Assembly: GCA_022615215.1 (NCBI GenBank)
Contig: JAKEHD010000310.1
Coordinates: 1-54,509, forward strand
Direction: 5' to 3'
Source: Blastocatellia bacterium
GTDB lineage: Bacteria; Acidobacteriota; Blastocatellia; UBA7656
DNA length: 54,509 nt
In this document: positions 9,668 through 19,285 of the stretch, one piece after another
Layout of the letters: the number at the start of each line of letters is the position of its first letter
Numbering within the stretch: the first letter of the stretch is position 1
Position numbers and translations under genes: made by a program
Notes under the pieces: generated by a model
What the model saw: the letters and a program-made list of their open reading frames with translations, nothing else
What the model was told of the DNA's origin: nothing
The model's database searches: none

Positions 9668-10525
9668 ATGATGGCTATGGAATTTATGAAACTTCAAGGG
9701 CTGGGCAATGACTTTTTAATCGTCAAGGTCGAAGATGTGCGCGAACTGAGAGGCGAGGGCGAACTCTCACAAACCTTATGTGAGAGAAACTTCGGCGCAG
9801 GTGCCGACGGCGTGGTCTTCGTCAGCCCGTCTTCTCAAGATGATTCGGACTTCGCATCGCGAATCTTCAACGCCGACGGCAGCGAAGCCGAAATATCGGG
9901 CAACGGCACACGTTGCGCCGCAGCCTTTATATACTACCGCGAGATTTGGAGCGAACCTGAAATAAGGATAGCGACGGCTGCGGGCGTAAAGCGCGGGCGT
10001 TTGATTGATCGGGAGGGCACGCACTTCGAATTTCAGTTCGATATGGGGGAGCCTGTGCTAAAGAGCAGCGACCTTCCGATGTCGCTTCCCGAACCTCTTG
10101 AGCGGGTTGTAAGGTATCCCTTGAACCTGGGCGATGAAGAACTAGAAGTAACTTGTGTGTCTATGGGCAACCCGCACTGCACGGTCTTCGTGTCGGACCT
10201 CGACCGTATAGACATATCCGAGATGGGACCGCTCATCGAAGGCCAACGGGTCTTTCCCAACAGGACCAACGTGGAGTTTGTGCGTGTTCTCTCAAGCGAA
10301 GAGATCGAGGTCCGCTTCTGGGAGCGGGGCGTCGGGCAGACGCTCTCTTCGGGGACAGGCTCGTGCGCCTCGGGCGTAGCGGCTATGCTGAACGGATTGA
10401 CCGGGCGCAGTGTTCGGGTGCATACGGCGGGAGGCATCCTTCAGGTAGAGTGGCAGCATGACAACCACGTGGCGCTGACAGGTCCGGCCGAGGTCATTTA
10501 TGAAGGGCGATGGCTGCGAGATTGA
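9668..10525 (+). CDS. dapF: Diaminopimelate epimerase
   Basis: MKLQGLGNDF N-terminus and both catalytic Cys segments (SGNGTRC and SGTGSCA). The true start is probably one of the internal Met codons at 9671-9686. Confidence 0.9.
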   Translation: MMAMEFMKLQGLGNDFLIVKVEDVRELRGEGELSQTLCERNFGAGADGVVFVSPSSQDDSDFASRIFNADGSEAEISGNGTRCAAAFIYYREIWSEPEIRIATAAGVKRGRLIDREGTHFEFQFDMGEPVLKSSDLPMSLPEPLERVVRYPLNLGDEELEVTCVSMGNPHCTVFVSDLDRIDISEMGPLIEGQRVFPNRTNVEFVRVLSSEEIEVRFWERGVGQTLSSGTGSCASGVAAMLNGLTGRSVRVHTAGGILQVEWQHDNHVALTGPAEVIYEGRWLRD

Positions 10526-10609
10526 AGGATACCCGACAAAGCTGACCGACGCGACTTCAAGTGCGTCCATCCAGCCTATGGCTAGGCAGCACGCTTGCGA
10601 AAGCCGCAA

Positions 10610-11326
10610 TCATTCTCGCCTAAGTGGACCTAGCGGAATTTCTACACTTCCGTCTGGGTTTACCTGGAGTCTTGTTGGGTCGCCAATAATCGATCTGGTG
10701 TTCCGCGCGGCCTGCTCGTCAAAGTTGGCGAGGCTCTCACTGGCGATTGGATATAGAATCTTTACCTCGCCGTGCGTGGCGTCGTCGGGCACAAAATAGA
10801 GGATCGTTTTAAACGAGTGCTCACGTCTGAGGCACCAATATGCGAGGAGTGCAAGCACTTTCTGGCTCAGGCGGAATCGCCAATCTGTTGTGTACAGAAG
10901 GAGATGCACAGGAACGTGGGAAAGAGATCCATACTTCTTGGCTTTCGCCATAAGTTTTGTGTAGACATGGTCGGCCAATTCCCCGTGGTTGTAGCTCGCG
11001 GGAGCGGCGTCATAGAACTTCCCAAAGTGGTCAAGAGCAGCCACTTCCATGAGCTCCAGATACTCCTTACCTGATTCTGTTGGAAGTGTGAAGTCGAAGT
11101 CATCCTCCGGATTCTGAATAGGGTTCTCCACAAGCTTATAGAAGTTCGTTCCAGTTTTCCTAAGCCCGTCGATCACGAACGGCACAATGTAACGCTCGAC
11201 TTCAGCTTTGTCTGTCGGAAAGTCGATGGGACAGAACTCCGCACTCCGATCATGAGGAGTGATAATGATCGGCCCGATGGTGCCAGTGGGCTTTTTGGGC
11301 TTTTTCTTCGACTTGCTCATCACCAA
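10610..11326 (-). CDS. Hypothetical protein (possible degenerate PD-(D/E)xK-like fold)
   Basis: 238-aa ORF with a Lys-rich N-terminus (SKSKKKPKKP). DFDFTL...(13 aa)...YLELMEV strand pair. No family recognised. Local GC of about 47-52% is below neighbouring genes. Confidence 0.6.
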   Translation of the reverse strand: MVMSKSKKKPKKPTGTIGPIIITPHDRSAEFCPIDFPTDKAEVERYIVPFVIDGLRKTGTNFYKLVENPIQNPEDDFDFTLPTESGKEYLELMEVAALDHFGKFYDAAPASYNHGELADHVYTKLMAKAKKYGSLSHVPVHLLLYTTDWRFRLSQKVLALLAYWCLRREHSFKTILYFVPDDATHGEVKILYPIASESLANFDEQAARNTRSIIGDPTRLQVNPDGSVEIPLGPLRRE

Positions 11327-11403
11327 AAGAATACACTCATTCGCTGCCCAACTATCAATTTATCGTTGTAGAAAGCCACGTCCGCAATGATTGACAATGC
11401 CGA

Positions 11404-11895
11404 TCAAGATGGCTGATGCTCCAGCTTATCAACCCGGTCTTCAAGGTGCCTCTTCTCGGCAATGACGGTTAGTATGTTATCGTTGAGCGCGCGCAGTCTG
11501 TATTTGATGTCTCGGATATCGTTTTGCGCCTCTGTGAGTTGCGCCAAAACCGCTTCCCATACGGGCCGGGTCTCCAGAAGTCGCTGCTCGACCTTTTCTT
11601 CAAGCGCCGTCAGGCGTTGGTCGAACGAGTCCATACGCGCGTTCATATTGCGCTCGAATGAGTTCATACGTTCGGTCATATTCTGCTCGAATGAATCCAC
11701 GCGCGCGGTCATGTTCTGCTCGAATGAATCCATACGCGCGGTCATATCGCGCTTGAATAAATCCATCTGCGCGTTCATATTTTGCTCGAATGAATCGAGC
11801 CGGGCAAGGATACGCTCGAAGCCTTCGGGGAGCTTCTGGGTTGTGTCTTCGTTGTTCATAATGGCAAGAGTAGTTGAAACCGCAGGCGGTGTCAA
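11404..11895 (-). CDS. Hypothetical coiled-coil protein with six tandem 11-residue repeats
   Basis: 163-aa ORF. Residues 33-98 form 6 x 11 aa (consensus MDSFEQNMTAR), followed by a heptad-like coiled-coil tail. The likely start is Met13 at 11859. Confidence 0.65.
   Translation of the reverse strand: MTPPAVSTTLAIMNNEDTTQKLPEGFERILARLDSFEQNMNAQMDLFKRDMTARMDSFEQNMTARVDSFEQNMTERMNSFERNMNARMDSFDQRLTALEEKVEQRLLETRPVWEAVLAQLTEAQNDIRDIKYRLRALNDNILTVIAEKRHLEDRVDKLEHQPS
11602..11799 (-). repeat. Six tandem 33-bp repeats inside a CDS (encode the 11-aa repeat MDSFEQNMTAR)
   Basis: Contiguous in-frame 33-bp units, e.g. gaatccatacgcgcggtcat(a/g)ttctgctcgaat variants on the + strand. There are no spacers between units. 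Confidence 0.9.
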
Positions 11896-12013
11896 TCTGC
11901 GACATTACTATTGCGCATATACGTCCGGGATAATATCATAAACGCGGGCCTGAAACGGTCCAGCAATCATATTCGACCTCCGGGTATCGAACATCCCGGA
12001 GCTTGGGGGATGA

Positions 12014-12385
12014 ATGGCATTTTGCCCTGATTGTGAAGCTGAATATAGAGAAGGCATTACGGTTTGCCCGGATTGCGACATGGAGCTTGTGCCGGAGTTG
12101 ACGCCTGAAAACCTTCTGCACGACCGTGACGAGGGCGAACCCGTTCCGCTTCAATCGTTCAAGACGAGCGCCGAGGCCGAGTTGGTCTGCAATCTGCTCG
12201 GCGAAAACGATATACGCTGTTTCGTTCAGGGAGGCGATTTCGCCGTGATACCCGGCAGCTTTTCACAGGAAGTCGTAGTAATGGTCGACGAGCGAGACAT
12301 CTCCCGCGCAATAGAATTATACGAGGCATACTTCGACGCAGAATCACCTGCCCCTACCGATCAAGAGCAAGACGAAGACGAATAA
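12014..12385 (+). CDS. Putative signal-transducing protein (DUF2007-like) with N-terminal zinc ribbon
   Basis: 123-aa ORF. CPDC..x10..CPDC zinc ribbon, then a small alpha/beta domain and an acidic tail. Confidence 0.6.
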   Translation: MAFCPDCEAEYREGITVCPDCDMELVPELTPENLLHDRDEGEPVPLQSFKTSAEAELVCNLLGENDIRCFVQGGDFAVIPGSFSQEVVVMVDERDISRAIELYEAYFDAESPAPTDQEQDEDE

Positions 12386-12481
12386 TGCAGGCCGGAGAGC
12401 TTCCGTCTGCCGCGCGCTGACTTCCATCGCCCTGGAAGCCGGAAGCATATTTGCCGCCCGCATACAAAGAGGGGGTCTGTC

Positions 12482-13576
12482 ATGAAGATTGTTTTCCGCA
12501 ATTTCATTCTCTTTTTAATAGCGATGGGGCTTGCGCCTTTAGCCCGCGCGCAGGAAGGGCCTACGAGAGCCGAGTTCGAATGCCTTTCTATGGCCTATTC
12601 ATCCAGGAGGGCCGTGCCGGGAACAGCAGAGACTTTTTCCTCTTTCCATCACGTATGGATACCAGGCGTAAGATACGGTTATTTTCAATCCAACGGGCTG
12701 GAATTGCTTTACGATATGGAAGGCGACGGGCAGGAGACAGTCGTAGTCGTGCATGGCGGGCCTGGCCTTCCTCATGAGTATTTTCATCCGATGCTGTCGA
12801 ACCTGGCACAGTACGCAAAGCTTGTTTTCTTCGACCGCAGGGCCGATATGTCAAGCTCTCTATCTCCGCACAAGCCTGTATCGCTGGACGAAATGGCCGA
12901 TGATCTGGACGCGCTGCGTCAATCGCTCGATCTCACGCGCGTCACCCTGCTTGGCCATAGTTTCGGAGGTGCAATCGCGCTCAATTACGCCTTGCGTTAC
13001 CCCGACAAAGTGAAACGCCTTATATTGACCAGCACATCGGGCATGATCGAAGGCCCCGCCGAAGTCGAAAGTCGCCTCGTAAAGGTTCTCTCGCCGGATG
13101 AAAAAACCGCATACTATTCCAACGAAGGCAGCTCAGGCGCGAACACACCTTGCGACCGGGTGCGCAAACGCTACCGCGCGCTCTATCCGCACTATTTTCG
13201 TCACGTGCCCGACGCGGCCACACTCGACGGCGGCGTCTATGCGGCCTACTTCGATATGTTGGCAAGAAAAATGGTTCTGGCAAGCGAAGAGGGAAGATTC
13301 GATGTTCGCGCCCGGTTGAGCGAGATCAAAGCGCCCACGCTCATCATCGGCGGACGCCATGATTTAGTCACACCGGTAAATCACTCGGTCGAGATGGCCA
13401 AAGAGATACCTCACTCGAAGCTCGTGGTGATGGAACACAGCGGCCACTTCCCATTCTTTGAAGAGAACTACATGTTCACCCAATGGGTGCGATCTTTCAT
13501 GATGGGAACGAAAGACCTGCGCGATGATTCGGTGACCAAATCGATCATCACAGCCTCGACCGGAAGCTCGCAGTAA
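12482..13576 (+). CDS. Secreted alpha/beta hydrolase (proline iminopeptidase-like)
   Basis: 364-aa ORF with a signal peptide. HGGPG oxyanion motif, nucleophile elbow GHSFGG and C-terminal HSGHFPF. Confidence 0.8.
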   Translation: MKIVFRNFILFLIAMGLAPLARAQEGPTRAEFECLSMAYSSRRAVPGTAETFSSFHHVWIPGVRYGYFQSNGLELLYDMEGDGQETVVVVHGGPGLPHEYFHPMLSNLAQYAKLVFFDRRADMSSSLSPHKPVSLDEMADDLDALRQSLDLTRVTLLGHSFGGAIALNYALRYPDKVKRLILTSTSGMIEGPAEVESRLVKVLSPDEKTAYYSNEGSSGANTPCDRVRKRYRALYPHYFRHVPDAATLDGGVYAAYFDMLARKMVLASEEGRFDVRARLSEIKAPTLIIGGRHDLVTPVNHSVEMAKEIPHSKLVVMEHSGHFPFFEENYMFTQWVRSFMMGTKDLRDDSVTKSIITASTGSSQ

Positions 13577-13598
13577 GACCGAAACCGGGAACGCGGAG

Positions 13599-13650
13599 TA
13601 GACAGGGCATTCAATACTGTAAGAGAATGTCCTGTCTATTCCGTTTATTC
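13599..13650 (+). terminator. Rho-independent terminator after the alpha/beta hydrolase gene
   Basis: 13-bp stem TAGACAGGGCATT / AATGTCCTGTCTA with one mismatch, followed by the T-rich tract ttccgtttattc. Confidence 0.65.
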
Positions 13651-13669
13651 TCCGGTCGAGGTCTTCCCG

Positions 13670-13987
13670 ATGAATTGCGAGTTGATAGTCTTCGTAACCG
13701 CGCCAAACACCGCCGAGGCCGCACGCCTTGGCGAAATGATCGTCGCCGAGAGGCTGGCCGCCTGCGTCAATTTAGTCCCGGCTATAGAATCGATCTATTG
13801 GTGGGAAGGCAAGGTCACGCGCGACGGCGAATCACTCCTTATAATCAAGACGACCGATGAGCGATACGCGGCGCTTGAGCGTCGAGTAAAAGAGCTTCAC
13901 AGCTACAGCACGCCCGAAGTCGTTGCATTGAAGATCGAACGCGGCTCGGAGGACTACCTCAAATGGTTGCGCGATTCAACGGCTTGA
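13670..13987 (+). CDS. cutA: Divalent-cation tolerance protein CutA
   Basis: 105-aa ORF. LAACVNL...SIYWWEGK...HSYSTPE matches the CutA1 pattern. Confidence 0.85.
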   Translation: MNCELIVFVTAPNTAEAARLGEMIVAERLAACVNLVPAIESIYWWEGKVTRDGESLLIIKTTDERYAALERRVKELHSYSTPEVVALKIERGSEDYLKWLRDSTA

Positions 13988-14026
13988 GGAATAGGTCTCC
14001 CTTTTGATTTCGCCAATCCGCTCGGA

Positions 14027-15607
14027 TCAATGCTTGAAGTGGCGCATCCCTGTAAAGACCATAGCGAGATTATGCTCGTTTGCGGCGGCTATAACCTCTT
14101 CATCGCGCACTGACCCTCCCGGCTGAATAACTGCGGTCACGCCCGAACGCGCCGCTTCATCTATCCCATCGCGAAAAGGGAAGAAGGCGTCCGAAGCAAC
14201 CACCGATCCCTCAAGCGGAAGTTGAGCTTTCATCGCTCCTATCTTTACCGAATCGACCCGGCTCATCTGGCCCGCGCCTACGCCTATGAGTTGTCCGTCT
14301 CGCGCATACACGATGGCGTTCGATTTGACGTGCTTGGCTATTATCCACGCGAACCGCAAAGCCTGCATCTCTTCTTCAGACGGCTCTCTTTCAGTCACGA
14401 CGCGAACGCTCGAATCATCCAGCACGCCGAGGTCTCGGTCCTGAACCAGCAGTCCGCCGCCGATCATTCTGATATCGTAAGGCGCAAGTCGCCCCTGACG
14501 TTCTCCCATTCGCATCACGCGCAGGTTCTTTTTCGAGGCGAGGACTTCGAGCGCGCTTGATTCGTAATCCGGCGCGACGATGGCCTCGAAAAAAGTCTCG
14601 GCGATAGCCCGCGCTGCGGACTCCGTGACCGGGTGGTTGAAACCGATGATCCCGCCGAAAGCCGAAACGGGGTCAGTTGCTCGCGCTTTCTCAAACGCCT
14701 CGCGCGTGTCTCTACCCATCGCAGCGCCGCACGGGTTCGTATGCTTTATGATCGCGCAAGAAGTGTCTGCGAATTCCGATACCAGAGACCACGCGGCATC
14801 CATATCTATAAGGTTGTTGTAAGAGAGTTCCTTGCCCTGAAGCTTTTCAGCCGTCGCAATCCCCTGCTCCGAGCCGTAGGGCAGATAAAGAGCGGCCCTC
14901 TGATGTGGGTTCTCGCCGTATCGCAGATCGGTTTCTTTTCTGGCAAACAGTATGAAACGGGCCGACAGGTTGGAGGTTTTATTAACGTGCAGAGTTTCGG
15001 TTTCGGCGTCCAGCGATACAGAGTCTATGAGGAATTGCGATATAGAGGCATCGTATCGAGCGGTCATCTCGAATGCGCGGCGGGCAAGTTCAAGCCTCGT
15101 GAGGCGCGACAGCCTTCCCTCGTTTGCATCCATCTCTTCAGCTATGGCCGCATAATCGGCCGGGGAAACGACCACTGCCACATCTTCAAAATTCTTTGCC
15201 GCCGAACGAATCATCGCCGGGCCGCCAATATCTATATTTTCGATGGCCTCTTCGACCGTAACGTCCGGGCGAGCGATGGTTTCGCCGAACGGGTATAGAT
15301 TCGCAACCGCCATGTCTATGTATTCGAGTTGGTTCTGCTCGACCTGTTGACGGTGTTCTTCGCTATCGCGTATGGCGAGAATGCCGCCATGCACTTTCGG
15401 ATGCAGGGTCTTCACCCGTCCGCCGAGGATTTCTGGAAACCCCGTCAGGTTGGACACATCTCGAATATCGAGACCGGCATCTCTCAAAGTCCTCGCCGTC
15501 CCCCCGGTCGAGACCAGTTCGACCGAATGCCTGTTCAAACAGCGGGCAAATTCCACGAGTCCTGTCTTGTCGGATACGCTTATGAGCGCGCGCGCGATCT
15601 TTTTCAA
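14027..15607 (-). CDS. purH: Bifunctional AICAR transformylase / IMP cyclohydrolase
   Basis: 526-aa [35 protein letters not shown] and C-terminal GMRHFKH are diagnostic. Confidence 0.95.
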   Translation of the reverse strand: MKKIARALISVSDKTGLVEFARCLNRHSVELVSTGGTARTLRDAGLDIRDVSNLTGFPEILGGRVKTLHPKVHGGILAIRDSEEHRQQVEQNQLEYIDMAVANLYPFGETIARPDVTVEEAIENIDIGGPAMIRSAAKNFEDVAVVVSPADYAAIAEEMDANEGRLSRLTRLELARRAFEMTARYDASISQFLIDSVSLDAETETLHVNKTSNLSARFILFARKETDLRYGENPHQRAALYLPYGSEQGIATAEKLQGKELSYNNLIDMDAAWSLVSEFADTSCAIIKHTNPCGAAMGRDTREAFEKARATDPVSAFGGIIGFNHPVTESAARAIAETFFEAIVAPDYESSALEVLASKKNLRVMRMGERQGRLAPYDIRMIGGGLLVQDRDLGVLDDSSVRVVTEREPSEEEMQALRFAWIIAKHVKSNAIVYARDGQLIGVGAGQMSRVDSVKIGAMKAQLPLEGSVVASDAFFPFRDGIDEAARSGVTAVIQPGGSVRDEEVIAAANEHNLAMVFTGMRHFKH

Positions 15608-15782
15608 TCTTCATACCTCACGAGGATAAATAGCGGTGATCGGGTTTTCGCAAAAAGCAGATAGTAGATCAAAGCATCGGCGCAAGTCAAAACAAGCAGC
15701 GGTGTAACCGGGCCTGTATGGACAATTTTTCAGGCTCAAGTAAAACCTTGGAAGAGTCGAAGTGTCAGTTCAGCTATTCGCC

Positions 15783-16931
15783 CTAAACTGCTTTATAAAA
15801 AGGTAGTTCCACGACCGAACCAGTTAAATATTCGTCCCACGTATTTATTTCAACTTCTGTGCCGGGATCGAAAAAACCATACTTGATATAGGCCATCGCT
15901 ATGACCGTCCCAAGCGTCTCGGAGCGAATGGCGCTCGTAACATAGCCGATAGTTTTACCATCTTTTGAAACCTTGTCTCCGGGCGAGGGCGCTTTATCGC
16001 CTGTCAGAGTCAGTCCGGTCAGCTTCTTGCTGATATGGCCGCGATAGGTAGCCATTGCGACCGCTTCCTGGCCCGTATAGCATCCCTTCTTGTAACTGAC
16101 AGCATCAGCAAGCCCCACCTCTAACATCATATTGCTCTCATCAACATCGACCCCATAAACAGGTATCCCCGCCTCGATTCTCAACGAGTCGAGCGCATCG
16201 AGGCCGAATGGAACGATCGAATGAAAGCTTCCCTTCAACAACAGGAAGTCCCAAACATCTTTCAACCCGTCTGCCGGAACCAGTATGTCATAACCCAACT
16301 CGCCGGTATGCGACGCCCTCACGACCATAACATGCTGACCTGCTATTATGGTCTTTATCCATTCGTGTTCGGCGAGCGAGGGCACCGGCTCGAAACAGAC
16401 CTCTTTCATCACGAGAAGAGATTTCCGGCCCTGAACCGATAGAATGCGGTAGAGGTCGGAACATTCTTCGACCTTGAAATCGCCCGCGTACGAAAACGGA
16501 AAGATGTATTTATAGATCTGTTCGTGAGTCTGCGGGTCGTTGACGATCAGGTATTCCCCTTCATCAAAGCAGAGGACTCGGCAAAGAGCTTTTACCTTCC
16601 CGTGCCCGGTCAAAAAGGCCGCTCGCATCCCCTTGCCTTTCGCGAGAGTCTTCACGTCGTTGGTGACCAGGCCATTGAGGAACTGAACGGATTCTTTTCC
16701 GCCGATCTTTATCGCTCCGTAAAATGACAGGTCTATCAACCCGACGGAATCGCGCACGGAGCGGTGCTCCTCACTGCGACCGCTGAAGCATCGGGCTATC
16801 TCCCAGCCGAAAAACTCGGCAGAGTCTGCGCCCAATTCTTTTTGACAATCGTAAAGAGGCGTCCTCTGCAATTTGCCCTGTGCTATCTCACCCATAATCA
16901 CTCTCCTGTCGATTGCGGTTTTGCAAATCAA
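15783..16931 (-). CDS. Aminomethyltransferase-family (GcvT/YgfZ-like) folate-binding protein
   Basis: 382-aa ORF. GLIDLSFYGAIKIGGK...FLNGLVTNDV and CYTGQE motifs. The probable true start is MGEIAQ at 16895. Confidence 0.8.
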   Translation of the reverse strand: MICKTAIDRRVIMGEIAQGKLQRTPLYDCQKELGADSAEFFGWEIARCFSGRSEEHRSVRDSVGLIDLSFYGAIKIGGKESVQFLNGLVTNDVKTLAKGKGMRAAFLTGHGKVKALCRVLCFDEGEYLIVNDPQTHEQIYKYIFPFSYAGDFKVEECSDLYRILSVQGRKSLLVMKEVCFEPVPSLAEHEWIKTIIAGQHVMVVRASHTGELGYDILVPADGLKDVWDFLLLKGSFHSIVPFGLDALDSLRIEAGIPVYGVDVDESNMMLEVGLADAVSYKKGCYTGQEAVAMATYRGHISKKLTGLTLTGDKAPSPGDKVSKDGKTIGYVTSAIRSETLGTVIAMAYIKYGFFDPGTEVEINTWDEYLTGSVVELPFYKAV

Positions 16932-17072
16932 CTATAACACGCCTCGCGCGAAGACCGGGGAATCAAGGCTCCTTTCAGCAGTCTCTCAAGCCGCCCGAAT
17001 CTTAACGCGACACTTTAAAGGTCGGCGCACCGACTCTTAAAGTAACTCCTGATCTATCTCCTATAAACATTT

Positions 17073-17106
17073 GAAGCGGTTCCCTGGAACAGAAAGGAAC
17101 CGCTTC
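17073..17106 (-). terminator. Hairpin terminator downstream of the 17224-18033 membrane-protein gene
   Basis: Perfect 11-bp stem GAAGCGGTTCC / GGAACCGCTTC with a 12-nt loop. Only a weak U tract (AAAUGUUUAU) follows on the minus strand. Confidence 0.55.
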
Positions 17107-17223
17107 ATCACATATCGCTCTGAAAGTCTGTCGGAAATATCTTCACGCCCGAATCAACCCCGGCGCGCTTCAAACAATCAGCTTTTTCAGCAAATCAGAC
17201 TAAAGAGGCCCGACCGACTTCCG

Positions 17224-18033
17224 TTACTTATTAACGAACAGGGTAAAGTGCTGGGCAGCGCCCATGAAAAATAGCATGGGAATCGACAGCCAGGTGTTCA
17301 TGCGCGAGGCCAAAAACGCCCTGCGCGCCAGCTTTGCTGACTCGGCGGGGATTTCCGTGCCATTTTCGGCATTGTTATAAGTCCAGGCGATTATACGCTT
17401 CTGATGAGGCCAGATGATGCCCCATACGTTCAGCATCATTATGACTCCCATACCTCCGCCTATGGCTATCGACATCGAGCGACTGCTCGGCGGTTGAACG
17501 GTTCCTGCTCGCGTAGGCCCTTCACCGCCGATGATCATAAGCAATACTATCGCCATAATGATCATCAGAAGGGCGACGATAACGGCAAGGATCCAGCCAT
17601 TATTGAGCGCGCCCGAAAGCGGTTGCAACAGGCCGTAGATTATCGCAAAGATCACCAACACGACGACCAGCCATTTGAAGAAAGTCGGCCAGGTATTCGG
17701 CTCCGAGTGCAAAATGATGATGTAATAAATTACACCCGCAAGCACCGTTATCGCCGCTCCCCAGCGAAACCACCATAGGGCGCGCGGCATCAATTGCGGA
17801 ATCACCTTCCCTTTGGTCGGCCCGTCGAGAGCCTTCATCACATTGGCGTTGACGAAGTTGAAGAAGTATAGATGGCCTATCCAGGTGATTCCGGCGAGGA
17901 AATGAAGCCATCTTAAAATCATCTCAATGTGCGTTTCCCAACTTGTTGGCCAGAGAATCTTTATGTCCTGTAAGGCGACCAATACTGTCTGTGCAAACAA
18001 CATCGGCAGATCGAAGATTAACGCTGGTAGCAT
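17224..18033 (-). CDS. Polytopic membrane protein (urate-hydroxylase PuuD N-terminal-like domain)
   Basis: 269-aa ORF with about 6 TM helices. WLHFLAGITWIGHLYFFNFVN resembles the PuuD/urate-oxidase N-terminal membrane domain (from memory, unverified). Confidence 0.6.
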   Translation of the reverse strand: MLPALIFDLPMLFAQTVLVALQDIKILWPTSWETHIEMILRWLHFLAGITWIGHLYFFNFVNANVMKALDGPTKGKVIPQLMPRALWWFRWGAAITVLAGVIYYIIILHSEPNTWPTFFKWLVVVLVIFAIIYGLLQPLSGALNNGWILAVIVALLMIIMAIVLLMIIGGEGPTRAGTVQPPSSRSMSIAIGGGMGVIMMLNVWGIIWPHQKRIIAWTYNNAENGTEIPAESAKLARRAFLASRMNTWLSIPMLFFMGAAQHFTLFVNK

Positions 18034-18546
18034 ACGCCCTCCTTAAGACGGTTGATGGTTTGACAACTTCTCAATGTGAACACAGAGGCAAATGATGCGG
18101 CTGGCTCAAGAGCGCCTACTATAAATCTCCCATCGCCTGGTGTCAACCGGAGCGAAGATGTATAGAAGATCGAAGCTAGATTGTTTTCAGATGATCTGAA
18201 TTTCGGACGGAAGGTCATAAACAAATTTCCCGCAACGGATTAAGCGATAATCGCGGAGATGCGCGCAAACTCGCCTGGCACTAGATCATCAGGAACGCGC
18301 CGCACAGAATCATTCCCTTGCGCGCAAAACAGCGAAAAGTCGGGTCAAGATGCACGCATAGAAAGACTTCTTGCAGGCCGCTTTCGAAAGGTTGATGCTT
18401 GAATTCGCCAATCCGAAAAGGCCAAATTGGCGATTACGAGGCGGCCTTAAAGGTTTCAGGCGGGCGCGCGGCGACTTCGCGCGCCCACACCCAAAACGTA
18501 TCAGGCACTCAAAATATCCGTCCGGCAAAACGGGCCGCCTGCCGGA

Positions 18547-18921
18547 TCAGACTGAAAACGAACTGCCGCAGCCGCAACTGCCGGACGCATTCGGATTGCT
18601 GAATGTAAAACCGGACCCCATGACCGAGGTAACGTAATCGACCTGGACGCCATCAAGGTACTGGCGCGAAAACATGTCTACGAATACCCTGAGTCCGCCA
18701 TGGTCGAGAATCTCGTCGCCCTGGCGGGGAGCATCTTCGATCTGCATAGAGTACGAAAACCCGCTGCACCCGCCGGGCACAACCCTTATTCGCAGGCCGG
18801 CTTCGGGTCCGGCGTTTTCGGCCTCGATAAACTTCTTCACCTCATTGATGGCTGTCTCCGTCAATGAAAGATTCACCTGTGTCGTAGTGCTCATCTGTCC
18901 TTCCTCTCCTTCATAATTCAT
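18547..18921 (-). CDS. Fe-S cluster insertion protein, IscA/ErpA (HesB) family
   Basis: 124-aa ORF. GCSGFSY and C-terminal CGCGSSFSV motifs. Confidence 0.9.
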   Translation of the reverse strand: MNYEGEEGQMSTTTQVNLSLTETAINEVKKFIEAENAGPEAGLRIRVVPGGCSGFSYSMQIEDAPRQGDEILDHGGLRVFVDMFSRQYLDGVQVDYVTSVMGSGFTFSNPNASGSCGCGSSFSV

Positions 18922-19247
18922 TATTCAGTATAAGGCATTTCACCTGTTTCAGCGGGGTCGGCGATCACTTCTCCGATCCCAGGAATCGCCTCGCGCAGGG
19001 ACCGCTCAAGCCCCAACCTCAAGGCTATCATAGAACCCGTTCCCGATTCGAACCGGCCTATCAAGGTCACTCGCACATTGGTTCCCTCAATGCCGCTCAA
19101 TTCCACATCGTTCCCATTTGCGTGAAGCGCAGGGCGAATGCGATCAAGAACCTTTTCGACCTGCTCCCGCGTTACTGAGAGATCAAGAGACATCCTTCGA
19201 TTTCCCAACTCGCCAACCTCCACTGGAAGACGCATTATAAATGCCAT
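18921..19247 (-). CDS. NifU C-terminal (Nfu)-like domain protein lacking the CxxC site
   Basis: 108-aa ORF. VEKVLDRIRPALHANGNDVEL matches the Nfu domain. The usual GACGSCPSS position reads GRFESGTGS, and the protein has no Cys at all. Confidence 0.7.
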   Translation of the reverse strand: MAFIMRLPVEVGELGNRRMSLDLSVTREQVEKVLDRIRPALHANGNDVELSGIEGTNVRVTLIGRFESGTGSMIALRLGLERSLREAIPGIGEVIADPAETGEMPYTE

Positions 19248-19285
19248 CGAGCCGAGTTTTCAACTCCGTCTTCTTTCGGCAGGGG

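Noticed and set aside
11602-11799. 33-bp tandem repeats as a possible CRISPR array
   Set aside because: The units are contiguous with no unique spacers, they are in frame within a CDS encoding a regular 11-aa repeat, and no cas genes are nearby.
15608-15782. ZTP (pfl) riboswitch upstream of purH
   Set aside because: The minus-strand leader lacks the conserved GGGUCGUGAC...CCGCCUGGGC cores.
16896-17070. Glycine riboswitch upstream of the GcvT-family gene
   Set aside because: Only a vague CUGAAAGGAGCC resemblance is present. The paired aptamer consensus (GGAGAG...CACCGAAGGGGCAA) is absent.
18034-18546. 510-bp spacer between the membrane-protein gene and iscA as an ncRNA locus
   Set aside because: It contains hairpins (TCGCCAAT...ATTGGCGA and GGGCGCGCG...CGCGCGCCC, plus a weak iscA terminator at 18522-18545). 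There is no recognisable RNA family signature, so the evidence is insufficient for a call.
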